Below are positions 26,400 through 44,967 of a DNA stretch of 64,000 nucleotides, piece by piece (position 1 is the first letter of the stretch; each line of letters begins with the position of its first letter). The stretch is taken from NCBI RefSeq assembly GCF_009914755.1, contig NC_060928.1, one strand, 5' to 3'. The DNA comes from the human T2T-CHM13v2.0 reference genome, Homo sapiens. Both the position numbers and the translations under genes were made by a program. The notes beneath the pieces were generated by a model. That model ran no database searches. It was not told the origin of the DNA and was given only the letters and a program-made list of their open reading frames with translations.

Positions 26400-26815
26400 G
26401 TAGTCTGGTAAAAGAAATTTAATACAGAAGAGTCACTACAAAGGGAGAACCTCAAAGCGAAACAGAGAGTGATGAGGCAACCCTGAGATTAGTAACATCA
26501 GGAAGTTATTAACACCCTTAGGACTGGAGGGACCAAGAGGGGAGTTGGCATTACTAGAGTGTAAGACCCAGGGTCACTGGTGGGAACTGGACTTATGACA
26601 GAGGCTGAAAGGGAACTGGGACGCCAGGGAAAAGTGATCTAGTGGGGACCTGGAACCCTGGAAGAGACAGCCAATGCTGGAGGCAGAAAAGAGGGCAGGG
26701 GAAATAGCTTGGTTTCTCTCTTTCTGCCATCCCACTAGTCTTCTAGTAGTGCCTCCCATTGATCAAAACTAACTGATTGGATAGGGAGTCTTAGAAATCT
26801 AAATCTAATTTGCAG
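26400..26815. mobile_element. Ancient LTR fragment (MaLR, MLT1M/N-like)
   Basis: gatgaggcaaccctgagattagtaacatcaggaag...ggactggagggac...gtgcctcccattg. Confidence 0.45.
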
Positions 26816-28199
26816 CAGGAAGACAGAGAACTGACCTGAGAGCAAATAGGAAACAAGTTTCAAAATTAAATCAAGGAGAAGAAAAAAGCAAAAAACCCAA
26901 CAACAGTAAACTTGTAACATTAAAGCAATGGAATCTACAGGTAAATATCTTCTGTAACCTTCCTAACCCCCTGCCCCAAAGACCCTGGGGCCAGACAGTT
27001 CTATAAAATTAAACAGATAATCCTAGTGTTATACAAATTATTTTGTATGATAACTAGATAACTAGAAAAGCAGAAAACCTACCAATTTCATTTTATGGAG
27101 CTAGTATAACTTTGAAAGTAAGAGTAGAAGGGGAGAGTACAAGAAAAGATCATCATAAAACAGTCATATCTCATTTATGAATATCTTAAGCAAAATAAGA
27201 ATAAATTGAATTAAACACACATATGTATTGCATATCTATATATCACTATTAAATGGAGCTTTCCCATAATGCAAGGATGTTTCAACATCATAAAACACAT
27301 AAATGTAATCCAACATTATCAGAATGAAAGAGAAAAACAATTCTCAATAGACACACACACACAAATACACTGGGATAAAATTAAATATTTTAGATTTTTT
27401 AAAGTCTTAGTAAATTATGAATAGAAGGGAATTTCCTTATCTTATTTCTAGACTCACTATCTAGTATTTTTACCTCAACCCAACTAAATCAGGGTATAAT
27501 CGTCACCATTTCACTGCCAAATTTATTGGGCAATTATTATTTTAGTCTCTTAGCAGCATTTGACATGGAAAATCTCTCCCTTCTTTCTGTAATACTTTCT
27601 TCCCTGGGGTTTTGTGACTCTCCATGCCCTTGGTTTTTCCTCCTAGATGAATAGTCATCCATTCTCATTCTCATTCTCTGGGGCCACAATAATTTCCTGA
27701 TATTTAAATATCAAAGTTCCCTGGAGCGCAGCCCTATATTTTCTTAGTTTTACCTCGTCTCTTTATATCAGCCATCCTTGTGATTGCATTCATTCCTGTG
27801 ACTTCAAATACCATGCGTACACTAATGACATCCAAACCACATCCAGCTCCAACCTTGTAGTTAACATCCTCCCTTTCCTCAGCCCTTTCCTCCCTAAGTC
27901 CTTTGTAACTCTGTAAAGGCAACTCCATTTTACCAATTGCTAAGCCCAGAAATGTAGATTCATCCTTGACTGCTCTCTTTTCCCCAACCTTACATTAAAT
28001 CCACCATTAAATCCTGTGGGTTTTATCTTCAAATATATCCTTAATCCATCCATTTCATGCTACCTTCATAGCTACCAACATGGTCCAAGCCAGCATAATC
28101 TCTTACATGATTGCTGTTGCTTCCCAACTGGTTTCTTAGCTTCAATTCTTGTTCCCCTACCGTTAATTCCACCAACAGTAGCCAGAGAGAACTTCTTAA

Positions 28200-28522
<323 letters not shown>

Positions 28523-28757
28523 ATAATTCAGTTTATATAATTTTCCATTTTATAATTCCCTAAAGTCTTCCCTCCCAAGGAAGTCTGAAGTTCTTGTTAG
28601 CATCTTTGTGGCCTGACCCTGGTCTACCTTATGACTCATCTCCTGCTAGTCTCCGTGCTTCCTCCCTTCTAGTCACACTGCCCTTCATTCAGCTTCTTGG
28701 ACATACCGGGCTCATACCTAACTCAGTCATTTCTTTCATTGCCTCTTGCATAGAGAT

Positions 28758-29185
28758 TGTCACATGGCCTGTGGTGCACCAGCCAGATCCTTTTCAGAAG
28801 GTCTTGTTATCTGACCTGCTAGAATCTCAATGGACAGCCCTGAGTGGATGGCCTCTTCAGGGGATTGTCTTAGTTGAAGAAAGCAACCTTGCTCATGTTC
28901 CTACTACTTTCTGGGTGGCTCATGCTCAACGTCTGATCATTGCAAGGCTATAAAGTCCAAGTACCCTTGCTCCTACTTATTCTAACTCCTAAATGGGATC
29001 ATTTTAGCTCAACGCTCCCTATCAGAACTGGGCAAGGCTGTGATTGGACCTGCCATGCATTCAATTTCTCCTTCTACCCATTCTTCTTTTCTTCCATTTG
29101 CTTTCATAGGTGTTGGTCCCAAGGGCACTTCCTGGATGACCTGCATACTGAATTCTGTCTCAGAGCCTGCAAAATACACCCCAAA
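28758..29185 (+). mobile_element. ERVL LTR16A-like solo LTR
   Basis: gggattgtcttagttgaagaaagc...ataggtgttggtcccaagggcacttcc...tctcagagcctgc. Confidence 0.75.
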
Positions 29186-29309
29186 CCACTTATTCAGTTC
29201 TTGGCTCACATGTTAATTTCTCAGAGAGATTGTCTCTGAACACTCTATCTACAATGCATTATCTGTCACTCTTTATCTCCCTTCATATCATGTATCCATA
29301 CCTGAAAGT

Positions 29310-29430
29310 GTGTGTATATATATAACATATATTATAATATATCATATATAATATTATATGTTACAGTGTATATTACATATAAATATAATTATTACATATA
29401 ATATAACTATAATATAGAATGTATATATTT
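29310..29430. repeat. AT-rich (TA)n low-complexity tract
   Basis: Directly visible. Confidence 0.85.
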
Positions 29431-29601
29431 TTGTTTACTATTTTGCAAGCTCCATGAAGGACTTTGTCACATTGACCATTCTATATGCAACACTTATAGA
29501 AGTGCCTGGCAAAGAGTAAGCTCTGAATAAGAATGTGTGGAATGAAAGGCAGAATAAATTTGATAATGGGTATGAAATATTTTAAAAAGATAGAAACCCC
29601 A

Positions 29602-29810
29602 TTCTTTCTTTCTTTTTCTTTCTTGCTTGCTTGCCTTCTTCTTTCTTTCTATCTTTTTTTTTTTTTTCAGGCTCTTACTCTGTTTTCAGGCTGGAGTGCA
29701 GTAGCGCAATCATAGCTCACTGCAGCTTCGAACTCCTGGGGCTGATTGCTCCTTCTGCCTCAGCCTCCTGAGTAGCTGGGACCACAAGCATGTGCCACCA
29801 CACCCAGCTA
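29602..29810 (-). mobile_element. Alu right monomer (FRAM/AluJ)
   Basis: Single arm with a CT-rich tail; degenerate TSD beginning tagaa. Confidence 0.82.
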
Positions 29811-31350
29811 GAACTCCTTTTCTTAATAGAACAATTTTAGAACTTTAAAGTAAGAAAAGGTACAAGAATATTTGGTATTACTCTGCTGTTCAACAATGCA
29901 GTAAGATGAAAGCAATGATTTGAGGACTAAGAACTGGAAATTGAGAGACAAATTATTTTTATATGTAGACCATATGATTGTCTATAAAAGGAGTGCAAAA
30001 AAAAAGTTTTGAACAACCTGTTAGAGCTAATAAGAGAATTTGACCTATTTCAAATACATTTAATACAAGATCAAAGTACAGATCTATAGCATTCCTATAC
30101 ATAAGTAATGATAAATATGAAAATATAATAAGCAAAGGATAATTTACAAGAGTAATAAAAATGGTAACTATTTATGAGTAAGTCCAACAAAGATGTGTAA
30201 GAAGTTTTTGAAAAAAATCACAAAAAATTGTTGAAGAATATGAAAGGAGATTTGAAGAAAATGGAATGAAATTCTATGTTCTTAGATAAAAACACTTAAT
30301 ACACTATGAAGTCAATTTCCTTCAAATTATTGTACAAGGTAAATACAAATCCAATCAAAACTACAGTAGAGTTTTTCATAGAATTTGACAAGCTAATCCT
30401 AAAATTCATGTGGAATAGTAAAGGATAAAAACTAGCCAAGAAAATTCTGAAGTGGAACAAAATGTCACAATCTCAAACCAATATCAGCTGAGAATATTTA
30501 AGATAGTGTGATTTTAGGGCAAGAAGAGACAAATCAATGAGACAAAATATGAAAGTTCAGAAATTGGCCTATGGAAAAGTTGGTATAGGAGAGCAGTTGC
30601 ATCACAATTTAATATCAATATTTGATAAATGGTACAAAAACAATTCATATGGAGAAGAAATAAGAGTCCTATGCAAAAAAATTCCTGATGGATTAGAGAA
30701 TTAAATTTTTTAAGCAAAATTTTTAAGATAAAATTTGGGACTTTAATTCCAATAAATCAGTGTAGGGAAAAATTTGTTAGATAAGACATAAGAGCACAAA
30801 CCATAAAAAATGGACACATGATAATATTATAATTTAAAACTTTAACATCAGATAAAGAACAACCACACAACAACAAAAGCCAAAATACGTAGAGACAAGC
30901 TATAGACTAAGAGAAATATTTGCTATGTATTTAACTCACAAAGAGTTAGTAAGACAAACAATAGATAAATGGGCAAAAGGCATAAACAGGCAATTTATAG
31001 AAGAAAACTGAATGGTTAATAAGCATATGTTAAGATGGTCAACCTTACTAACAATCAGGGATGTGCAAATAAAAATGAGATACCCTTTCACATCTATCAT
31101 ATTAGTAGAATTAAAAGTTTGACTCTAAAAGGGGCTCATATGCTATTACTGTTGGGAGTCCAAATTAGTAGAACAGCTTTGGAGAGTAAATTGAACAGAA
31201 AGTTGAGATGCTTATACTTAACCATCCAGTAATTCAATTTCTAGAAAACATTCTCTAGTTGAGAGAAACTCTTACATAGGAATAATGTACCAGAATATTA
31301 ATTACTGCATTATTTGTAGTAGCAAAATATCAGAAATCACCTTCAATATA

Positions 31351-32597
<1,247 letters not shown>

Positions 32598-33526
32598 TAG
32601 AAGAATGACTATGTAAATTGTCAAATACAGTCATATAGCAAAATACTGTGCAGCTGTGAAAATGAAGGACCTAAAGCTACATGTTTCAATAGGGATAAAG
32701 CTTAATATAATGCTGAGCGAAAAAGTAAGTTGGAGAATATATGGAGCATAATAATATTAAAAGCTTAAGAACAAAAAACATATGTTGTTTATGGATATAC
32801 TATGTAATTGCTGATATAATTTATAATAAAACCAGCCATAGGAACGTGATACAACAATTATTCTGGGGGATAGAATAAAGGGAATGTGATTGGAAAGCAT
32901 ATACATAAGAGGCCTTAGCCATATTTATATGGTTTTATTTCTTTAAAAAGATTTTAGCTAACTATGGCAAAATGTTGGAATTTGTTGAAACTCAGAGATA
33001 GGCATAGAAATTTCATTACATTATTCTTTACACCCTTATGTAGGTTTGAAATATTTTATTTAAAACATTTAAATTTAAAATTATATTTTTAAAATCAAGA
33101 CAAAGAAAAATCATCAAAATGTTCAGTTTCCTCAGAATCACCTAAATGCCGATCAATAGGAATCTAGCTAAGAAGATGTTAGTACATAGCAAATATTAAA
33201 AATGATGCTTCAAATTTATATCATATGGAAAGTTGTACAAATATTTTGTTGAACAGAAAGATTATAAAATATGTACAGTATAATTTCATATCTATATAAT
33301 ATATATATCAGAAGGGATAAATAAAAAAATTTAATGGTTAGCTCCAGTTATAAGTAGATAATAGATGTTCTTTGCAATTTTTCTATATTTTTAATGATCA
33401 TGTGTATTTTTATACAAATAACAAGAACTATTGAAATAGATATTCACAATTCACTTATCTTAGAAATGTCAATTAAAATTTAAAAAACAATTTTCACTTA
33501 TTTGCATTTTCACTTAAAAAAATTTA

Positions 33527-34964
<1,438 letters not shown>

Positions 34965-35460
34965 TAAAATAATGAGTGATGGTAAGCCTGCGTTTAGGTT
35001 TTACCCTTGATCATGGATGTTGGCCACTTGAATCTGTATCGTATTTTCTAAAAAGGAATCTGGCAAGATGTAATAAGAGTACATTTACCATAATAGGAAA
35101 TTAATTCCAAGGAAGTAATCAAAGATGCACATAGAATGTACGTATTCTTGCAAAAAAGATGCAAGCATGTTTTTGCTACAAAATTATTTGGAGCACAAAA
35201 TGATTGGAAACAACCTAGATGCCCAATATCAGGGGATGTCAATAAATGACAGTATTTGCAATAAAATGCTATACAGCCAAAAAACAAACAAAACACCCCA
35301 TACATTTGAGAGATACCTAATATGATGGAAATATGCCCACAAATAAAAGCAGGATATAAGATATACTTCAAATTGTGTCTTTTACATATATATTAAAATA
35401 CCAGGAGGAAACACACCAAAATTTAACAATAATTTCTTTGAGAGGTTAAGGGATTGATGA

Positions 35461-35870
<410 letters not shown>

Positions 35871-38800
35871 TAAAGAAAACAACCTTCATCCCTGTGCCTT
35901 TCTTGTCTCCCTCTCTAGTCCAATTGGCACCAGGTCACAGAGCACATAGAGATCCCTGGGTTATAGTGCACTGCAGGTAATTACAAGCCACCATTATAAA
36001 TTGCCCCCTTGTCCAGACTATCCTCAAAAATGTAAGCAGGATTAGATGTCTGTGTGGGTCAACAAACAAGAAGAGCTTGTGAAGGATCAGCACTTTATTC
36101 TCCGATCTGGCTCAAGTATATAAATATTCCTTATTATGCATTGCCCTTGGTTTATTAGCCATTGCATCGTCTTGAACTGGTTTGTGACATGAGCTGATAG
36201 CATTTGTTGCCCCGAGGAAGGGTTAAACTATGAGAAAAGAGGGGTGGATTAAACAAGGAAGAAAAACTATCAATATGTCATAAAATATACATACTATTTC
36301 TAATTTATTCCTGTCCATTTGAGGCAACATATCTAATGTGTTACAAACATTTCTGGTAATACAGTATCGTTGTTCCCTTTAATAATGTGTTAGTGTCTGT
36401 AACTCTCATTTGGCCTTGGTGAATTACTGCTTTATTTAATGAAAAAAAGATAAATTGTACTTGATTTGTATTTATTAATTTCTATGAATTTGGTATATGA
36501 CATTTATGAAAGCTTAGGCACATCATTTTTCCTTTCTTTAATTTACAGCCAGGGAACTGTTTAAATATAATTTTAAATGGTGCATAAAATGCTTCCTGAC
36601 ATATTTGTTTTCTGAATTTCCAACATGCGTATTTGCCATTTCTATATGATGAACAAATGCTGTCTCAAATTGTGGAGAAAGAAAAATGTTACCTGTTTAG
36701 AATTCCTTTATTAAATTTTAGCCCTTGTATTTTGGTGGCAGCAGACAGAGTTTCCTGGAGGTTGATAGGTTTAGTTGCAACTGCGGTCTAGTTCATGCTA
36801 ACTCAATTTGATAGGCAAGCCTTTGCAGGTGTAGCCATCATTCATTTGGTGCAAAGCCTTGAACAAAGTCTAAAAATAGATATCACTTTGATAGCATTTT
36901 TGAGGACTAGCAGTTAAATAATAGATGAAATACATTCCTTAAAGAAAACTATTATTTCTCTGATTATTTTCTAAGTACAAAATAGCTTTCATAATATTTA
37001 TATTTAATTAATTTGAAATTATTCTACTTTTCCTCTTCTGTATTATGGTCATATCAATTCTTAATTATTTTGAGAAAAATATATGGCTATTGTTCAAATA
37101 GTGTTATTCTGAAATTTCAGTTTTTGAATTTTTAAATAAACACAAGCTTTCTATGGTGTGTTTTCTTCCAAATAAGAGTCAACGCTTTATTTTAAATCAG
37201 AACATATTTGAAAGAAAATAATCACTAGCTCTTTTATGAGCAATCTGAATAAAGAATGGAGATGCTCAAAGTGCTGCTCTTCTCCTGACTTCTGTCATTA
37301 AAACAGATGTTCTCTATAACCTTGACCAAACAACTCCATTCTCTAATCAGAAAGAGCAGACTTGTTTGTGGATTTATGATAGATGTCTGTGCCAGACCCT
37401 GGAAGACTGTCTAGGATCTATGGGCTCTTACAGACTCATTTTTGTGCTGATATTTGGCTTGTAATTCTGATTTTAACTTGTTTTCTATATTTTCACCCAA
37501 ACATGGTTTTACTTGTTTTTAAAAAAACAATTTTCTTATTAATTGGATATTCCTGATGTATTCATCACAACTATGAGTAGCTATGGCTTTAAATATATGA
37601 TGGACTTGCTGATGTCAGCCGCTGAAAACTAATGCTGCTGATATCAGCTGACAGGACTCTAATTACTAGTTATGTGGCTGTTGCCTGCTTAAGAAGCTAT
37701 TCAGTGAGTTATGATTTAGAAAAGCTGGAGAGCACAGGGCTGATTTGTGAAGAGATATCTAATATGAAAACACCACAGAAATTCTCAGATTGATCCTCAC
37801 GACAGAGATCTGTCTAATTAGGAAGTGTCTATTTTAATACTAAACCACAAAAAAGCCCAGCTGGAAAAGAATTTATAGGAAGACACGGAACCATCACTAG
37901 TTCGGCTGACAGCAAATGCAACCTAAGCATGTTTCTCAGCGTTTAATCAATAGTAGCGATATAGGACAATTACTCCCTTACAGACAATCCATCTCGTCCT
38001 ATCAAGAGGGAAGGTCTTCACAGGTGATCTGGATGGAGAATCCCTAGCCAACACCACTTCCCTTGCCTCCGGGGTTGAGGACTGCCTAGAAGCTAGACGC
38101 TTACTAGAGTATCACCGAAAAGACAGCAGAATGGGCAGTGCTGTCTCCTGGGACAACTTAAGGCAGTCACCCTTGGGTCTGAGTTGCAGGTGAGGCAGGA
38201 CAACAGGGAGAGCAGGACCCTTCAGTCCAACTGGAGGATTCGATTGCTAAGTTCTGTGATTAGACCCTAAAGTTTTTGAGGATAAGAACCTGTTGCTAAG
38301 TTTATATTCTATGTATGCTCAATAATGACTGGCTGACTAACCCTAGAGAGATCTTTGAGGAAAAAAAAAAAAAGACTAAAAACTGTAGCTTTCCTCTGAG
38401 GTTAAAAAAAAAATCTGGTTGCTTTCTTGCCAGATATGAGAAGACACTAACCCTTCACTGAGCTGTCTTTCTCAGTGGAGTTCAGGCAATGTCTACACAA
38501 AAGCACAGCATTTTTGCAGGAGTCAAGCCAGGCACATCGGTGTGGGCATCCGCCTTCATGCCTCACCTGGTCTCCTCCTTTCCTCGCCTCTGTGTCTGTG
38601 TCATCAGTGGGTATATGGAGAGTTTCACAGTCCAGCCTGCCGAGCAGGCTGTTAATGAGTCATGCCCGCTCCCTGCCTTAACTTTGGCACAGTCTCAATC
38701 TCTATGAAGAGAGACAGAACAGAGGAGGAAAAGGTGTTTTGAAAACACTTGCTTATGTTGATACATGTTTTATCTTTGCAGCTGTAGCCACAGAATAGGT

Positions 38801-38949
38801 AATAGGATGGCAAGTCATCAGAGTTTATTCCAGAAATATCCACAGATTTATTTTACACATATTTTTGCGTCTCTATTATAGAGTATGAAACCCTGGCCTA
38901 GGCCACGGGGATAGGATGGAAGCAGGATGGCCATCAGGCCAAAGAGAAT

Positions 38950-39125
38950 GGATGAGTATTCAGCATCCAGCTTGACCACTGAGCTGCCAGGTGACCACGA
39001 GGAAGTTACGCATCCTTCTGTGCTTCAGGTTTCACCTCTATGAAATAGCTTTTTTTATACCAAGGCTGTGGTGAGGACTCAAGAAGATTATACCTGTAGC
39101 AATGCCAGGCACAACAGGCATTCTG
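38950..39125 (+). mobile_element. MIR
   Basis: gtgacc...aagttac...tctgtgcttcaggtttcacctctatgaaat. Confidence 0.7.
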
Positions 39126-39147
39126 AAACCACTACTTGCCTTCTTCC

Positions 39148-39580
39148 CTATCTTATTTTGGGTTTCAAGCACAGCAGACCCAGAGACAAGGATTCCAGGA
39201 CACAAGGGATGCTGCAGGGGAGTGGGGAAGTGAAGCAGAGATTGGGAAGCTGCCAGTAAACATATATTACTAAGCAGATACCAGTGTGGGTGCTGGAACT
39301 TAATCCTGCAGGGGAACAGTGTAACACAGAGCCTCAGAATTATTCCCCCCGAGGGAGGAGAGTGCTGGGGTATTTATACACCTATTCCCAAGAATCATTG
39401 GTTGAGGGCTACTGGGAGGGGAGTAGATTAATTTGCAGGCAATTTCAGCCTGCTGCATGGCTTCCCTCTCTGCTGTTCTGGGGCAGGAAAGCCCTCAGTA
39501 CAGAGATGCAGATTCTGGCAGTAGGCAGTCAGCTGAAGCATGTTGGCATGTCCTAGGGACCTGGGCAGGGCAATGACAGG
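39148..39580 (-). mobile_element. ERVL LTR (LTR16 group)
   Basis: gcagacccagagacaaggattc...gctggggtatttatacacc...tcattggttgagggct. Confidence 0.7.
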
Positions 39581-40124
39581 CACAGGGGGGAAAACCAAGG
39601 CATAGAAAATACTGTAGTTTCCATCAAGAAGCCACTACTCTAATAAGGGAGATAAGCCCATTGAAGTTTCAAAGGAAAAGGTTCATGGTGCCAAGATGTC
39701 TGCAGTTTCCAGGAGAGATCAGCACCTGGATCTCCCCAGGGTGGTACTTGCTACATTCAGGCCTTTGGTTCTCAGCCCTGAATTTGATCTGTCAGCAGCT
39801 GGAGAGTGAATTCAGAGGAACTGTTAGACTCATGTTAACCAAAACCCACAGAGTCTGAGAAGAAAACCAGAATGCCCATGTGTTGATTGGCATTCTCTCT
39901 CTGCAGGTTAAGCTTCATGAGGGACCAAATTACAATATTAAAGTGAGTTTATAAGTGGAGATTCAGAAAAATAGATGCTATAGCATCCATTGAGGAACTC
40001 TTCTCCAGCAAAGAGATAGCCTTGCCCGCAGGGTTATTTAGAGGGAAACCCTTTATCCTCACATTCCTGTCTGGCTCTGCCAAGGGTAGATTCTGGCTCC
40101 CTTATTCATAGCTTCCAGAGATAC

Positions 40125-40360
40125 AGGGTATGCAGTGGTTAAGAGTGAAGACTCTGGAGTCAGGATGCCCCTTGTTCAAACCTTGTCCTGCCATTGCACT
40201 AGCCATGTGACATTGGGGAGATATTTAATCTCTCTGCATCTGCTCTCTCATCCATAATAGTACCTATTTTATAGAGTTGTTGTGTGGATTAAATATAATA
40301 CATATGAAGAGCCTGGGATAGTATTTGATGCATAGTTAAGTGTTAGTCGTCATTATTGCT
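40125..40360 (+). mobile_element. MIR, near full length
   Basis: gcagtggttaagagtg.agactctggagtcag...atagagttgttgtgtggattaaat. Confidence 0.88.
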
Positions 40361-40471
40361 GCTATTAAGAACCCCCTTTTAAGCTGCCACAGTCAATTTA
40401 GGTATGTTAATAGTCTTTAGCAAGCTTTATGCTGTTCTTGGAACCAGTTGGTCTCGTTAAGGGGTCTTTGC

Positions 40472-40750
40472 AGATCTCTATAGCACAGTGCCTATAGCCT
40501 ACAATCTGTTCTATATACTTAAAGTTGGCTAAGAGGGTAGATCTTTTGTTAAATGTTCTTACCAAACTACAACAGGAATAATAATAACAATAAGGATGGT
40601 GGGAGGAAACTTTGGGAGATGATGGACATGGTCATGGCCTTGATGGTGGTAATAGTTTCATGGGCGTATACCTATCCCCAAACTCATCCAGATATATATG
40701 TTACATATGTACACGTTTTTATCTAACTTCAATAAAGTGGTTTAAAAAAG
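40472..40750 (+). mobile_element. L1MB (MB2/3-like) 3' end, 5'-truncated, intact TSD
   Basis: TSD aggggtctttgc at 40460-40471 and 40751-40762; aataaa at the end. Confidence 0.85.
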
Positions 40751-41269
40751 AGGGGTCTTTGCTTATCATCATCCTAAGAGGTCTGTCATTTGTGTGTTGG
40801 GGAAGGAGGATGACTCATTTCTCCTTCCATTGTCCTGACTATACAGATACATAGAAAAACAACTCTATTGCAGAACAACTTGGACAGGACTCAGAGTGCC
40901 AGGAGGTGCAGAGGCCAGAAGACTCCTGGAAGCATGGAGCCGGAGCACTGCAACTGCATTCGACTGGTGGCTGAACAGGCAGCAAGCCTAGAATTTCATG
41001 TTAGGAGGGTATTTTCAAATGTTGCACAATCAAGAATATCATTAAGTGTTTGGCTCTGGAATGCAGTCTGGGACTCTGCCAAGTATATCTCTCTTACAAC
41101 TTGGGGGCAAAGCAACAAATCAGAGCCACTGTCAGTTTTAGCCCTAATAAGTGAAGTGTGTTCCTTGATGGAACCAGAGATCCCAACTCATTCAAGAGGA
41201 CAATAGGACCCCTTGAAGAGTGAATGAAATGCATCAATATAGAATGTACACATTCAAAAATCTATCAGT

Positions 41270-41609
<340 letters not shown>

Positions 41610-42249
41610 TTATTGTTAAAGACCCCACACAGTCCAGGGGAATAAAAGGATTCTTGAGAATGAATGAAAAGCATCACCACAGAATATAAATGTTGAGAGA
41701 ACCGTAAGGGTACTTAGCAGCAGTGAGTGTGATAGAAAGGACACAGAATGTGAAGTTCAAGTTCCACTCTCAAATGGGCTATGAGGCTTTGGGAAGTCAT
41801 TTAGCCTCTCTGGACTAATATAGTCTTTCTCTGTCAAATGAAAAGTTTGACTAGTTGTTTTGTAAGATATGTTCCAAGTCTAACACTATTCTGTGATTCC
41901 CACTATTAAGATGGATAGAAGAGTGGAGGAGCTGTTTCAGTTGGAAAACAAAAATTTCAATGTTCCTTAAAATTTTTCTCCTATCAATCCACGGTCCCTG
42001 GCAAGAAATCTTCGTGTACTAAAGTGAAGCCAATTAACATTCCTTACTACTTCTCTGTCATAAATCATCGTTAACTCGGAGAAGGCAGATGGGTGAGTAG
42101 CTATAAGACATATTCTTATAGATTGGTTTGTTCATATCCCACAAATTTAATTTCATAAAACAAGAACCCTATTTCCATTCTTCAGAGGCACTGTTTACCG
42201 CAGACTCTCAGGTGTGTGTAGGCAGAAAAAATGCTGATAGCTCAGTGAG

Positions 42250-42593
42250 ATGAGGACTCAGTGCCATCCACTGAGGCTGAGCAACGTGGTGACTTGATAA
42301 GAGCAACTTTGGTGGAGTGGTGGCAGGGGAGCCTGATTAGAGAGGGCTTAAGGGAGAATGGGAGAAGAGAAATTGCAAACAGTGGGAATAGACAGGTCTT
42401 TTCCTAGGTTTTGCTATAAAGGGAAAGAGATATTAATAAATGCAGGGCAGTGGAGTCAAGAGGGTTGTTTTTTTTTCCAAATGGGAAACTAACAACATGC
42501 TTGTTGCTAAGAATTATTTGGTAGTGAGGGGATACTTGACCAATAGGCTCAGTTGAAATTTAACTAAGGTTTTGGTTTAGCCAAGCCAGTTCC

Positions 42594-42624
<31 letters not shown>

Positions 42625-43640
42625 AGCAAAGGAGTCAAATCTGCATGCAAGGGAATGCTTATAAAGATAGACCATGGAATGAAACTGGGTAGGGAGGGGA
42701 GAGAGGATGCTGAGGGATTTGAACAGGGAGGAGATAGGATCGTTGCATTAAAGTCCTGGTGTTGTAGAAGGACTGGTTGTATTGGGGTGCAGAGAGAACA
42801 AGCTGGAGAGATGATAGGTGGTGGTGAGAGAGTAGGATGTCTGAAATCAAGATTTTGGAGGTGTTGAAATTATTAACAATGAAAAGATCAAAGATATAAC
42901 CATAGAAGGGAGTAGCAGAGATTGAGGCGAGGACAAGGCCTTTAGAGAAAGGAGATTAAGGAATTGCCAGGCCAAGGCATTGGAAAGAATATTTGATTAT
43001 TAAAATCACAGGAATAATAATTGGACTGGTTTTGAAGAGAGTGATAGTGAATTGGTTGCTACAGTTTTGAAGGCATGAGGGGTACTGGCCTTGGGGTCAG
43101 TCGATGGCTGAAACCAGGGGTTGAGGAGGTGATAGCAGCTGATTAATGAGATTTAAAGCTGAGCATTTTTAGGAAGAAGTGAAGGAGACTAGGCTTGAAG
43201 CAACAATGTAGAACATGAAGAGTATCTATTCCACCTCTGACTCCATCACACAAAGAATAAATAGCTATCAGACCACCCGACAGGGCTGCAGGGGAAGACA
43301 CATCCTCAAGGAGGCCGCCAAAAAAAGTCAAGGAATGTTCTTGGAAGAGGCTGAGAATATAGGGCAGATATCAACAAACTATAGCCTGTGGGCTGCCTAT
43401 TTTTGTAAATAAAGGTTTTCTGCAGCCACCACAGCCATGCCCATTGATTTATGCACTGTCTATGGCTGCTTTGGGGCTGCAATGGCAGAGCTGAACCACT
43501 GCAACAGAGATCATATGGCCCGCAAAGCCTAAAACATGTACTGTTTGCTCCTTTCCAGAAAAAGCTTGCCAACCCTGGTGGAGTGGATTTTATTCATGAT
43601 TATTGACCTTGAGTTTCAGAGACCACAGGGAAAGGGTTGC
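42250..43640 (-). mobile_element. L2 internal fragment containing (GA)n at 42594-42620
   Basis: ggtgacttgataagagcaactttggtggagtggtgg...gttttgctataaaggg. Confidence 0.75.
43365..43577 (+). mobile_element. MER58A (hAT-Charlie)
   Basis: tttttgtaaataaagg...tatggcccgcaaagcctaaaa...ttgccaaccctg. Confidence 0.9.
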
Positions 43641-44967
43641 AGGAGGCAAGGAGGAGTGAGAGATGGGGGTCATATAAAGCAACATGAGATACTGCAGATG
43701 ACAGTCTGGCACTGGGAGGCAATCTGGGAGTCTTGGGCTTCTTGTGGGACTGACATGAACAGTGATTACGGGTACGAAGACCTTGAACCTCACAGTCTCA
43801 AGGTAGGTGGTGATAGGCTGTGAACAGGAAGGGCAAGGGTGCCTTCAGGAGCTTGATGAGGTTGGAGGTTGGCATGTGAGTCCTGCAGGGAGGTGTGGAG
43901 CCCAGCAAGCAGGGCTCTCCCATGACCCCTGTTGCCCATCACTTCTGGAGTGGGGGGCTTATTCTGGGTATACCCTTTCTCTTCACTTGTACCGACAGGT
44001 CTCCAGGCCAGCAGAGGGGCCTGATAATCTTTGGTTAGAACATGTCATTACAGAATGTGGCCTTAGTTAGCCTTGCATTCATTCCTCTTCCTAGATTGGG
44101 CATTGCTTATCAGATCCTCCTAATACAAATTTATTCATTCCAATTTAATATTGATGCTTCATTAAACTGGAAGACCTTCAGCCTGACCTTCAGTAGATTA
44201 GCTTTATTCTGCTTTATGACAAATGGTGCTAAACATACCATCCGTGGGCAATAACTGTAAGAATTAAGTTAAATATTCAAAGGCAGACAACTCACTAATG
44301 CAGCTTATTTCACTTTTTAAATATTTTTTCCTGTACACCCAGAGACTAGCAATTCAACTTAGACCCTTGCACAAGCAGTCAGACCTGAGAAGACATTGTG
44401 GCACAAGAAGCTTTCTTTCTTCCTTGTTTTAATGACAAAGGAATAGAATAAAAGACCTTTCAAACAATAGCAAATCAGTGTTGAAGCCATATCTCTGCAA
44501 CCATTTCACAGTCTAGGTCATATCTTGCTCAAAAGACCTAAACTTGGGGATTGCCATATTGATCAGGCAGCACTTTTCTTTGATGTCAGAACCCCCTTTA
44601 GGGACTAGCTTAATATTTTTGCCTCTCTGTCAATCCCTTCTAATGCAGTGAGCTCTTTCATGGCTGCCTGTACATCATACCCAGAAGGACAATGAAACAG
44701 AGCTGATTTGTTGGCACGTGTTACTCAACATTGCATGTTTATTTGAATAATTTCACTTAAGCTGTCTAGATGATTTTGTTGGATGATAATCGGTTATTTT
44801 TCATGTGGTCATTTGTGCATTAAACATTTATTAAGCAACTACTTTCTATTTTCCAGAACAGTACTCAGCAAAGAGGATACAAAGTCCAATAGAACATGGC
44901 CTCTGTCCTTGTTTTCAAAAAGGAGTGAGGGCAAGGTGAGAATGGATTCTGGAAGTCAAGAAGATTA